From contig NIVC01001078.1 in NCBI GenBank assembly GCA_002269645.1, forward strand, positions 1-43,669: a DNA stretch of 43,669 nucleotides, in the 5' to 3' direction. Shown here piece after piece: positions 22,090 to 33,500 of this stretch. Each line of letters begins with the position of its first letter. The stretch's first letter is position 1. Made by a program: the position numbers and the translations under genes. The notes beneath the pieces were generated by a model. The model saw nothing but the letters and a program-made list of their open reading frames with translations, searched no databases and had not been told where the DNA came from. The DNA comes from Macrostomum lignano (taxonomy: Eukaryota).

Positions 22090-22705
22090 GAAGTTAAATT
22101 AAGTTAACCAAAAATGACAAAAGCCAAAAACTAAGAAAGAAAGATGGAAGAAAAAGAAAAGAGCAACATAACAAAAGTAAAAATAATGAAGCAAAAGAAA
22201 AGCAAGTTGCAAAAAATGCAAATTAAGTTGCTTAAGCGATTAGGTAAGTTGCAACAAGAGCAGCTAAGACGTAAGTTGCAATAAAGATCAGGCAAATTGC
22301 AACAAGAGCAACTAAGTTGAAAAAAGGATTAGATGAGTTGCAAAAGAACTGGCCTTTAGTTAACAGGCCCTTTTCTTACTTCAAATGAGAAGGAATAGAA
22401 GATTAGGGCCTAGAGATGAGCAAACAGGGAAGAGATAAGAGATGCAATAAGGGAAAAGATAGAAAAAAAGAGAAAAACTATGTGAGGAAAGAGAGATAAG
22501 AGAGAAGAAAGGATAAAAAGGTTATGAGAGCAGAGATAAGAGATTTAAGGTTAGAGAGAGGAATAAGATGAAAATAAAGTGGAGAAAGAAGAGATAAAAG
22601 TGTAGAAAAGAGAAAGAAAAGATAGGGCCTGAGAAAAAAAGAAAAGGAAAAAGAAAAGAAGATAGATGAAAAGATTGAGAAGAGGAGATAAGTTTTAAAG
22701 GCCTC
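22090..22705 (+). repeat. Purine-rich (A/G) low-complexity tract with a degenerate AAGTTGCAA array at 22200-22345
   Basis: Strong strand-specific purine bias is visible; the ORF at 22522-22707 is a low-complexity artefact. Confidence 0.75.
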
Positions 22706-24275
22706 AAATCTTAATTTATCATGTATTTATTCCTGTTTTTATTAGTTTTCTTTTCTAGACATTTGTGAATCATGAGTCATGACTTATGTAGCTAGTATAC
22801 TCACTATATTATATTATATTAAGACAATTTATAAATGACTTCATAGGCTGCCATCAGATGGCATACTGATAAGCTATTATAAAAATAGAAGTAGGCCCTA
22901 ATCTGTATATAGTACTAATTAGATGGCAAAGAATTTAGCCTATAAAAATGGTTAAAGTTAGGCCTAGGCCTGATTTTTATCTATAATTATGTTTATTTGC
23001 TTAACTTTTTTTCATAAGTAAGTCACATTTTTGGTTACAAAGTAGGCCAAGTCGCATAGGCCTAGCTAGTGTAAATTAAGGGGGGGTTGCACATGTATGC
23101 TATTATTAATATATTTATGATTTTATAACTTAACTTTTTAAGGCTATTTCTAATTTTTAGTTAATACCAAAGCCATATCAAGGCTCAATGGCTGATGACT
23201 CTGAAATTCAACTTAATGTTTAATTCTTTAATTTTTATTAGTTATACTAGGCTTATAGAACTATTTTCTATATCCAATTAAATTCTATCTAGTTATAGAG
23301 CTATGCTTATACAATAGAACTCCTTTATTCATTAGAATATTTATAAAGTCTTCAGATTAAAACTCTTTTAGAATAACTTTAAGTATAAATATTAGAATGA
23401 GACCTAATCTAACTCTAAAACCTAATAAGGAATAAGCCTAAGTAAGTATCTCAAAGTGTAATTTTAATGACTTACCTTTTACTAGTAGCATTTTTATTTT
23501 AAATTATGTTTTCTAGAGTTCCACCATAACTAAATTTTTTGTAAATCAATACCTAAACTAATTTTTCCTATGGCCTATATCTGGACCATATCTATATCTC
23601 TAGCTATTTAGTTTCTCATAATAAGGACTTAAAAGCTCCTAGTGCATTGAAAATAAAAAATCATTTTAACTTTCCCCTTGCTATCCAAATTACACAATGT
23701 GTACATGGCATTGAAAATCTTGGTTGCTTGAATATCAAACCCTAGGGACTTAAAAGTTCCCCTTATAAAAGCTTTGAAACTGGCAAAATTCATTTCTCAA
23801 TAGTTTTGATTTCAATTTTTAATTTTCTCTTTGTTTAGTTTCAATCTAAATACAAGTTTACTTATAGCTTAAAAATAATACCACTAAGGCATAGTAAAAA
23901 ATAAGGAGATTCTTAATGATATTATATGATTTTTATATACACCTAAACTTTATAAAGATCTATTAAAAACTATTAAAGACCTATTGCAATTAATTATGTA
24001 AATTTTACCAACTAACAACTACCTAAAAACCAAGTCATAGAAATTTAATAGCAGCATTTCAAGGGTAACAAGATCCAGTATTCCATATAGGAAAAATTAA
24101 CAATCTAGATTGCATAATTATCTTGTTACTAGTCAAATAAAATAGAAATAAATTTGATAAGTTTTTAAATGTCTTTTAAATTAATATTAAATGATCATGT
24201 GCTAGGTTTGTATACTCTTAGAAGTCTAGTCAACACATTTATATAACTTGTAGAAGTATATGAATTCTCTTAGCT

Positions 24276-24323
24276 ATGAAAGTCATCAATGCATCTCAAT
24301 CAACAATGATGTTCATGAGCTGA
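24276..24323 (+). other. Candidate uORF (MKVINASQSTMMFMS*, four in-frame ATGs) plus a nested second uORF 24289-24309 (MHLNQQ*)
   Basis: Both lie between the putative acceptor TGAATTCTCTTAG (ends 24273) and the eIF2B-delta ATG at 24331. uORF1 stops 7 nt upstream of that ATG and is out of frame with it. Confidence 0.5.
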
Positions 24324-24330
24324 GTTAAAA

Positions 24331-25740
24331 ATGTTGCCTACCGATTCAAAGCAGAGAAGTGGCAAAGAGAAGCAGCAAAAAGAGAAGCAGTCCCTCCCAG
24401 CATCTTCTGCTCAAGAGGGCAAAAGTGCTGCTCAACTTCGAGCTGAGCGCCGGGAACTTCAGGAACGACAGAGAGCCGCCAAGTTGCAAAAGCAGCAGGA
24501 ACAGAAGCAAGCTGGCGGCGGCAAGGGCGGCTCTAAAACTTCAAATCCGTCTAACAAAGCTGAAGCTGGCAGTAAAAAGTCTGCAGAACAAAAGCAGTCA
24601 GCGCCCATTCCAACTTCAGCAGACAAAAAGGCACAATCGAGTAAGTTGGCTCCACCAGGAGACACCCACCAGCAGCAGCAGGCGGCCAACAAGAAAAAGT
24701 CGCCACCACCTCAGCAGCAACAGCAGCCTGCTGACTCCTCAGTAAAGTCGCTGCCAAGCTTCTTCCGCCACCTCAAACCTCCTATGGATGCTGAACAGAT
24801 AACTAGCAGTGTGTATAACGAACAGTTTGCCCAGAGCCAGATTGAAGCCGCATTCGTTCAGTTGTCCCTGATGGTGGCGCACGAACAGCTGCAGGGTCCC
24901 GCCGCCAGGTGCTTAGGCTTGGCCCGCGCTCTTCGCCAGCTGCTCTGCACTGTGCCTGTGCAGGATCTGCCTCGCCTTATCAAACCAAAGCTTGATCCGA
25001 ATATGCGACTGCTTCGATCGGCTAAGCCTCCCACAGTGCTTGAGTCATATCTTGAGCAGCGCCTAGCTAATTGGGTGCAATCAGCTGGCAGTTCGGCGGA
25101 GAACTCTGACCACTGGCTTGTAGACCGGATGAATGAGTTTGTTATTGAACAGATTGAAAAGGCTCGGGTCACAATGCGGGCCAGTCTAAAATCGAAGATT
25201 AACAACTTGGACTGCATTATGCTTTACAAGCCGTCCAGCTTAATATTCGAATGCCTAGAGGACATTGTGTCTGAAGGAACGAAAATGCCAGACGTTAGAA
25301 TAATTTTATTGGATTCGCCGCCCAGCTGGGAAGGCCAGGCCTTTCTAAGAAGGCTACAGGGGCACAGGCTGCTGTCAAAGTGTCCAGTCCGCTACGCGAT
25401 GCTGTCTGCCGCGCCCAGTCTGTTGTCGGACACCAGCAAGCTGGTGCTGGAAGGCCAGGCTCTGACAGCTAATGGCAACGTGCTAGCGCCAGTCGGCACC
25501 GCCTACCTGGCCAATGTTGCTTGGTCGCATCGGATTCCCTGTCTAGTATTGTGCCACGCCTGCCAGACCTGGGACCAGGTGCTAATTGACTCCGTATCCT
25601 ACAATGAGCTGGGTCGAGTTAGTAGCGATAGCCAATTGTGCAATATTCAGTACGACTTGACGCCAGGCGATCTTGTCACAGCGCTAATTACTGAGCGCGG
25701 AGTTCTGCCCTGCACTGGGTCGCCGGTTCCGTCTCACTGA
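24331..25740 (+). CDS. EIF2B4: Translation initiation factor eIF2B subunit delta-like, 469 aa, single coding exon, diverged
   Basis: Uninterrupted ORF with the delta-type KSAAQLRAERRELQE motif, a low-complexity N-terminus, and the IF-2B domain (IILLDSPPSWEGQAFLRRL; ALTANGNVLAPVGTAYLANVA; YNELG; YDLTPGDLVTALITERGVLPC). Confidence 0.9.
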   Translation: MLPTDSKQRSGKEKQQKEKQSLPASSAQEGKSAAQLRAERRELQERQRAAKLQKQQEQKQAGGGKGGSKTSNPSNKAEAGSKKSAEQKQSAPIPTSADKKAQSSKLAPPGDTHQQQQAANKKKSPPPQQQQQPADSSVKSLPSFFRHLKPPMDAEQITSSVYNEQFAQSQIEAAFVQLSLMVAHEQLQGPAARCLGLARALRQLLCTVPVQDLPRLIKPKLDPNMRLLRSAKPPTVLESYLEQRLANWVQSAGSSAENSDHWLVDRMNEFVIEQIEKARVTMRASLKSKINNLDCIMLYKPSSLIFECLEDIVSEGTKMPDVRIILLDSPPSWEGQAFLRRLQGHRLLSKCPVRYAMLSAAPSLLSDTSKLVLEGQALTANGNVLAPVGTAYLANVAWSHRIPCLVLCHACQTWDQVLIDSVSYNELGRVSSDSQLCNIQYDLTPGDLVTALITERGVLPCTGSPVPSH

Positions 25741-27361
25741 GGTTGAGCTAATTATTTTTTAACTGTCATTCGTCTTATTAAGTTATTTTGCATCATTATC
25801 CCATGGCAAGTATATTAGCGCAGGTAAACTTGCTAATCTACATGTGTTGTTGGTAACCGATGTGAATAATTGGCCTATGCTTCAGCCTTTAATTAATTAT
25901 TACGCAAAAAATGCTATTTTTCAGTCGTTCTGTGTTTGCTTATTTTTTGGATGTGGGGAATGAATTTCTGTAATTTTACTGTTTGTTGCGCAAAGGAATC
26001 GATGAGTTTTAACTGCGATTAAGATTGTCTCCAAAATTTTGTGTTTTGATGCTTCAGCGTCTTTGATTGGCTGGGGCCCTCTTACCTTTCACTTCTCTCT
26101 GCACCTGATTCAGCCAATCACAGACTCTGAGAGGCCACGTATCCCGCTAAGTGATGAAATGAGCTTACAGATTGCTGGACTTCTAACTAACTGTCTTAGT
26201 GATAAGCTACAGCTATTCCCTATAACCATCGCATGTTATCGTTGCATAAGGTTATATGGTTATTATTATTATTTATATCTAGTATGCGTTTCAGTCAGTG
26301 TAATTGCTTGCAATTTAATTGATGCAAAAAATTAAAAGCAAATAAAATTTCTACACACTGAGCTGACGAAACTGACGGATTGGAAAACAGTTTGTTCTTG
26401 AATAGGATATTAATGTGTCACATGTGTTCAAGCGTACGTGTATATGTTATTTTACTTCTAGATTAGTTGTAGAAGATAAGTTATCTAGGAGTTACGAGCG
26501 AAAGCGCATTAATTATCTACTTGCTCTACTTTTAGTAGTCTTATTGCAAGTACAAATTAATTTATTTTAAATTTTCTTCGAGAAACAATTCGTAATTAGA
26601 CGAGACTTAGAAGCTTTTTTTCCTTAACCATTTCATCAACCCCTGTCGGTCATTGTTTCTCTTCCTAAAATCGGTTTACTGTTACGTGATCGCGTGGCAA
26701 CTACTCAGAAATTGCGCTCAAAAGAAGTAGCAATTTCTCGCCAGGGTTTTTCTTCTGTCGAGTGTAGCAAAATAAGTTCTCGTTTTGGTTCCGTTTGACG
26801 TCTAGCAGCTAGCTCGTACTCGTGAGTTTATCTTCCTTTGAAATTCAAAAGTTTCGAAGCTGTGCTGCTGTGTACTGAGATGAGAATTATTGATTTTTGA
26901 GCGACAAGAAGTCGCTCAAAACCCCTGTTAATTTTTTCCCGTCCTAAGCATATTTTTAGCTCGCATAAATAAGCTGTCTCGAGTCGAGTCCTGTTCTTAA
27001 GCTTAGCAGGTACATAACCGATAGTCTCTTGTCTCAATGTTGCGCAGTGCTTTCATTTCTGTTGCCTTTTAATTGCTCAGAAAGCTGTTTAATCCGTAAT
27101 TTGATATGCATGCCTCTATGTGCAGGGCGGCAGAGAAAGATCGTGACATTGCATGCGCTCGCGTTTCGATCGAATAGCTGCTATTAGTCTGTATCCATTT
27201 GTCCTGCAAATTGTTGCCTGCCAGCTGCAACTGTACTATTTGGCATCATGTAATTTTTAGTGTTTTATAAGCTAGATTAAAACCGTAAACGTATGAGAGT
27301 TTTAATTGCGACCCTGGAGGGGGTTTATCTGATTTTTCTCAAATCAAAATTAAACACAATA

Positions 27362-27655
27362 ATTATAATTGATTACACCTGCCCTAATTAGGCCAGATGT
27401 GCAACCGACAGCTCAGCCGCAGCTATTGCGTGGCGCATCTGAAGGCTGCGTACGGCTGTTTTAGTCCAAGGGGGGTCGCCACACACCCTCAATTACCCCA
27501 GCTAATGCTGGCACCCATTTTACAGCTGGGTGAACTTAAGCAATGCAGAGTTTAGTGTCTTGCTCAAAGACATATTGTTCCAGTGGAATCGGAAATCGAA
27601 CCCCCGACCTTCAAGTCGCGATCTTCCGACGCTCTAACCTCTAGGCTACATCCCC
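27362..27655 (-). mobile_element. tRNA-derived SINE (tRNA-Ala-like head, CORE-like central domain, AT-rich tail), copy 1
   Basis: Minus-strand head GGGGATGTAGCCTAGAGGTTAGAGCG…TCGC…GGTTCGATTTCC (A and B boxes); aligns over ~290 bp with 31935-32225. Confidence 0.85.
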
Positions 27656-29100
27656 TCTATTGTAGGAGTCTACTTAATCTGCTGTCTACAGAGAGTTCAC
27701 TTGTTGCTATTGCTATATTTAGGAATTGGCTCGTCAATCTATCCTTCTCTAACCCGGCCGGAGCCAGGCTACAATCTGGACAGGAAAATTATAGCGCAGT
27801 CTTCGTGTATTCTTTGGTAAATTGCTGCTTATATAATATCCTATATCGTTATGATAAATGGTGTTTTTAGCAAAGAATGTATGGCTTAATTGCGACCCTG
27901 TCGGGGAAACTAATGCAGCGGTTTCTTCTAATTAATTGTTCCCAGAGGGCATACAGTAGAATCAAAAAAGCCTAATGATTTGATTGCTGACCGCGTTGTT
28001 CTGCCTGGTCATCTTTTAAAGAAAACCCCCCGCGGTTCCAAGCGCCTGCAGTCTTTCAGCCAAGGCTTCCAGAGTTGAAACCATTAAGTAAATCATCTAG
28101 CAGATGCTTCATTTGATATGTTTTGGTGACTGGTAGGGTTTTCATGGAGCCCCGGGGGCATTTAGATAAATAAAATGCCGATTCCAGGGGCTTGCTGTCT
28201 ATTGCATTTCTCGCCTAAAGATATCACATTTAATGGGTGAGCAACACACTGGAGTCCTACGACAAGCAAACTGCATACATAATACCAGCGGAGATTCAGA
28301 CGAATCTGTCCGTAAAAAATGAATGGTTGCGGCCCATAAGTATTACCATGATCATTATCATTATCTATCAGTTCAGCTGCACATTATCTAGTGCATGACT
28401 CGAATGTGTTGCGCTAAAGTCTTCAAAATCGGCGATTATAGCGAGTCATCAATGGCCACTCATTCAGCGTTTTGTCGACTGCCTACTGACTGACGCTGGC
28501 GGCGACTCGTGGCTTCTTTTAAGAAATCTTTCGAATACACAGCACCCATCAAGATGCTAATTTCGAATGCTGACATATTTTAACTGCAAACAAAATATTC
28601 ATATATTTAGACATCCTTAAACATCGGCTAATCAGTTTCATCTTTCATGCATAGACCAAGCCATTGCTGTTTGAGTTTAGTCAAGCAGGGCCCGACAGTA
28701 GCCTATTGTCTTTGAAATTAATGGGTAACAGGTGGTAAACATTCCCCAAAAGGGCTATACTTGCTTTCCGTGTGCAGCTCAGAAAAGAATGCTTCACTGC
28801 GGCGCTGCCTATTTTGCTGAAGTGAAGGGCGTAATTATGCCAGACTATGGCTGCTGTGAGCATGCAGGCAGTCATTCGTTGACATCTGCAGGACCTCTTA
28901 TGACTAACGTCGCTTCCCTGTCTCTGCAATAGTCTAACCTAGCTCGAATCCCGTGCAAGGCAACAGCAGAAATGATTGAAGAGTGTGGATCCCTGCTTTT
29001 CTACCTCAGCGGACGGGTATTAGGACTGTGACTTCTCCTTTTCAGAGTTGCTTCAAAAGGAATAAAAGTTATACTGTTACAGCTGCAGAAAGTTCAGCCT

Positions 29101-29266
29101 TAGGGGTGTTCGGGTCGGCCATTTTTTCGGGGTTCGGGGTTTACCCCGAACCCGGTACCCCTACCCCGAACCCCGAACCCGACCCGGAACACCTACCCCG
29201 AACCCCGAACCCGGTACCAAAACCCGACCCGAAACCCGACCCGACCCCGAACCCCGAACACCCCTA
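29101..29266. mobile_element. 166-bp hAT-type MITE with TAGGG termini
   Basis: TIRs TAGGGGTGTTCGGG / CCCGAACACCCCTA; perfect 8-bp TSD TTCAGCCT at 29093-29100 and 29267-29274; interior made of ACCCG/CCCCGAA motifs. Confidence 0.92.
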
Positions 29267-30565
29267 TTCAGCCTACAGCTGTAGGTCTGAAACAAAGCCT
29301 CCATCCTCCATTTGACTCCACTTTGAGTTCGTTGTTATATTTTAATTCACCGTCCCATTTCTGTACAAGTTTCACTTAGCTAGTAGAAAAAGTAATCTTA
29401 GCAAATAAAATAATGGGGGCAAAGTTTATCCAGGAGCGTCCCCGATGGAGGACGCGTGTTCAATGATGACTTTTGTTCCTTTTTTACAGGGTCATACAGA
29501 TTTTAGCATCGGATTTAATGCCTAGCTTTTGGCTTCTGAAATGCGCCTAAAGTTCTTAACTTCTTTGGGCCAATGGAAAAACGTTTGTATCATGATCATA
29601 GGTTAGGAAAGTTAAAAAGTTGCTGTTGTCCGTCAAACCCATCTTCTTACCTGTATATGCGATATTACGTTCGATAGTCTTTTTCAAACTTCGCCTGAGG
29701 TCTACGGACAAGATTTCTTCACGGGGTCAGTGGTCGCGCTGACCCTTTTTAGCATAGCGTCACAAGCAGAGTTTTTTAGCTCCAATCTGGCGCTGCAGGC
29801 AACAACACTGAATATTGTATATTTATGAACACGCAATGTGCATTGCAGAAAGCAATGAATTCCTTAAACTGGTTCTGGCTGAGGACTTGACTTAGAATCA
29901 AGGATATTAATACAGCCTCCCCCAGGCATTCATTTTGTGTACAGAGCCTAGCCATTAATGACCATTGGGGTGGCGAGTATTTTGGGCTTAAAAGTGCGCG
30001 CTGCAGGAAATACAATTTTACTTATTAAGGTTGCAGTTAAATCCCTCTGACGGCTTATCTGCCTCCGCCACCTAATAGCAAGCAGTCGTTGCCATCCTGA
30101 AAAACGACTCAAGAAGTTCAACAAGCATCTCTCTTCCATGCTATTATGCAAATTCCTAATTTAGGCATGCAAGGCCTGATTTTCGTCATAGAAGATGATA
30201 GGGAAGAGACGGAGTTGAACAGGGAGGCTGCAGAGAGACTGCATCTTTATCATTGGCTATCGAGAAGATGGCCTCAGTGCTTTCTGCAGCACCTGCTGCG
30301 ACTTTTTGCGCGGGCCACTAGTTTCGATGCGGCAATGCAGACTCCGAGGCTACAGCGGCACAGAAACAAACGAAAATAGAACTGTTACATGCAGCTCAGC
30401 ACTGTCATTGGCTGGCTCTGCGAGAGAGCAAAATGATGGACAGAGATGGTAAATAAATGCGCTTGCTTTTAGTTCTCCCGTGGTTCACTCTCACTTTCAC
30501 TCCCTCTTAGCTACCTGAAAATCTGAGCTGATTACGGAAGGTCACCGCCGCGGTCAAGCCAAGAA

Positions 30566-33500
30566 ATGAGCAACGAAAACAGTCTCGACACTGGCAACGA
30601 GGCTGGAAGGTGAACCTAAAAAATTCAATACATTTCATTTTCAAACAACCGTTCTAATTGATTTTCAATGATGCTAATTATGTCAAACCTTTTGCAGCGA
30701 GGCGTCAACTTCCACATCGGCAACTGGGCAGGATGTTGATCAGCCGCCGCTCCAGCTGCCGCAACAGCGTATACAGCAACAGCAGCAGATTCAACAACAA
30801 GAACAACAGCAAGAACAGCAGCACCGGCCAAGCCTGGTCCTGCTTGAACCAGACGAAGACTCGGAATGTTTTTACTCGTTTAACGATGAAACCGACAGGG
30901 AGAGTCTGCGCGAACGAGAGGACGTTCTAACATCGCCAGCCGTGTCCCCGGTGCCCTGGGCGCGGGAGATGTCGCCTGCGGCTGGGGGCAGGCGGACTGG
31001 TGCGTTCTGGCGCGGATGGGCACCTTGCATCGCTGTTTAGCATTTTCAATTGCCAAGCATGTTTACTTCTAGCTCAGTATTGACTTTTGAGTGACGCAAC
31101 TTGCGCCACGCGACGCAGAGTTGGGCCGGGTGAGGAGGGATTGGGAAGAGCGGCGGGCGAATATTGGATGGATTGAAGCTTCCGCCCGGTTTTCATTGTT
31201 TTCTAAAGCATTTTTTGACAGTGACACTGCTCACTGGGAAGCTACTCGACCCTCGCAAATTGTGTGATTTTCATTGGAGGCCGGGTTTCGTTGCTATGAA
31301 TCAGTGAGCTTCCGAAATGCTGTTAATGCTATTAGGCTTGGTTTAAGAGCTTCATAAACAAAAAAACGTTCATTAATTACAAAGCAAGTATCAGCTGTTC
31401 CATAGTGCGCATAACTGGCAGTGCCAAATTATTTATATCTTTGCATTTGCATTCTAATAATAAGGAAAAGGTGTTTAGCGTCGAGTGAGTTATATGCTAG
31501 AGTGGTGTTGGCCTTGCTCAATACATTATGCAGAATACTTAGTGAGCTTTTAATATGCTTCAATTGCAGCACTGAACCAAGCGGAGTCAACAGTGCCGCT
31601 TCAGGTCAACTCCGGCCGCCAGTTTGTCACCCTTCAGGTGCCCAGCCTGCGGATTCCAGTGAGTGACTACATTACTTTCCAGGTATGGTTTTTGATTTAA
31701 AACAACTCAAACTACGACAGGCTTAAGGAAATTTTCAGTTTGAATTTCACATCTTCAATCAATTCTACTTACCATAAGTAGGTCGTCGAGCGCATTGAAA
31801 CCTACAGAACTCTGAAAGAGGCACGTATGTGCAGTTCGATGGCACTGTTGCGTTGGTCTATCGTATTTTCCTACCTTAATAATACCAATAGTAATAACTT
31901 TTTGTACATGGGATGACTATAATTATCATTCTTATTATTAATTAATAACACCTGCACCAAATGGGCCAGACGTGCAACCGACAGCTCAGCCGCAGCTATT
32001 GCGTGGCGCCTTTGAAGGCTGCGTACGGCTGCTCAGTCCAAGGACTGGAGCATCACCACATATGCCCTGAATACCCCAACTAATGCTGGCACCCATTTTA
32101 CAGCTGGGTGAACTGAGGCAACGCAGAGTTAAGTGTAATACAAATTTTTCCAATGGGATCGGGAATCGAACCCCCGACCCTCAAGTCGTGATTCCGACTT
32201 TCTAACCACTAGACTACAACCCCCTCCACTAGGCTGCAACCCCTTCCATCAGGCTACAACCCTCTCCACTAGGCTACAACCCCCTCCACTAGGCTACAAC
32301 CCCCACCATCAGGCTACAACCCCCTCCACAAGGCTACAACCCCCACCATCAAGCTACAACCCTCTCCACTAGGCTACAACCCCTCCACTAGGCTACAACC
32401 CCCTCCATCAGGCTAGCTCGTACAACCCCCTCCATCAGGCTAGCTCGTACAACCCCCTCCATCAGGCTAGCTCGTACAACCCCCTCCATCAGGCTAGCTC
32501 GTACAACCCCTCCAGGCTACAACCCCCACCATCAGGCTACAACCCCCTCCACTAGGCTGCAACCCCTTCCATCAGGCTACAACCCTCTCCACTAGGCTAC
32601 AACCCCCTCCACTAGACTACAACCCCCACCAGCAGGCTACAACCCCTCCACAAGGCTACAACCCCCACCATCAAGCTACAACCCTCTCCACTAGGCTACA
32701 ACCCCTCCACTAGGCTACAACCCCTCCATCAGGCTAGCTCGTACAACCCCCTCCATCAGGCTAGCTCGTACAACCCCCTCCATCAGGCTAGCTCGTACAA
32801 CCCCTCCAGGCTACAACCCCCACCATCAGGCTACAACCCCCTCCACTAGGCTACAACTCCCACCATCAGGCTACAACCCTCTCCACTAGGCTACAACCCC
32901 CACCATCAGGCTACAACCCTCTCCACTAGGCTACAACCCCCTCCACTAGGCTACAACCCCCACCATCAGGCTACAACCCTCTCCACTAGGTTACAACCCT
33001 CTCCACTGGCTCCAACCCCCTCCATCAGGCTAGCTCGTACAACCCCCTCCATCAGTTTACAACCCCCACCATCAGGCTACAACCCCCTCCACTAGGCTAC
33101 AACTCCCACCATCAGGCTACAACCCTCTCCACTAGGCTACAACCCCCTCCACTAGGCTACAACCCCCACCATCAGGCTACAACCCTCTCCACTGAGCTAC
33201 AACCCCCTCCATAAGGCTAGCTCGTACAACCCCCTCCATAAGGCTAGCTCGTACAACCCCCTCCATCAGGTTACAACCCCCACCATCAGGCTACAACCCC
33301 CTCCACTAGGCTACAACTCCCACCATCAGGCTACAACCCTCTCCACTAGGCTACAACCCCCTCCACTAGGCTACAACCCCCACCATCAGGCTACAACCCT
33401 CTCCACTGAGCTACAACCCTTTCCACTGAGCTACAACCCCCTCCATAAGGCTAGCTCGTACAAACCCCTCCATCAGGTTACAACCCCCACCATCAGGCTA

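Noticed and set aside
26828-27037. Short ORF with TIGYVPAK, faintly HIRAN-like
   Set aside because: A single short motif with no splice or codon support; it would need an HMM search.
29776-30015. SQVLSQNQFKEFI resembling the piggyBac MSRNRF motif
   Set aside because: No further piggyBac motifs, TTAA-flanked termini or consistent frame were found.
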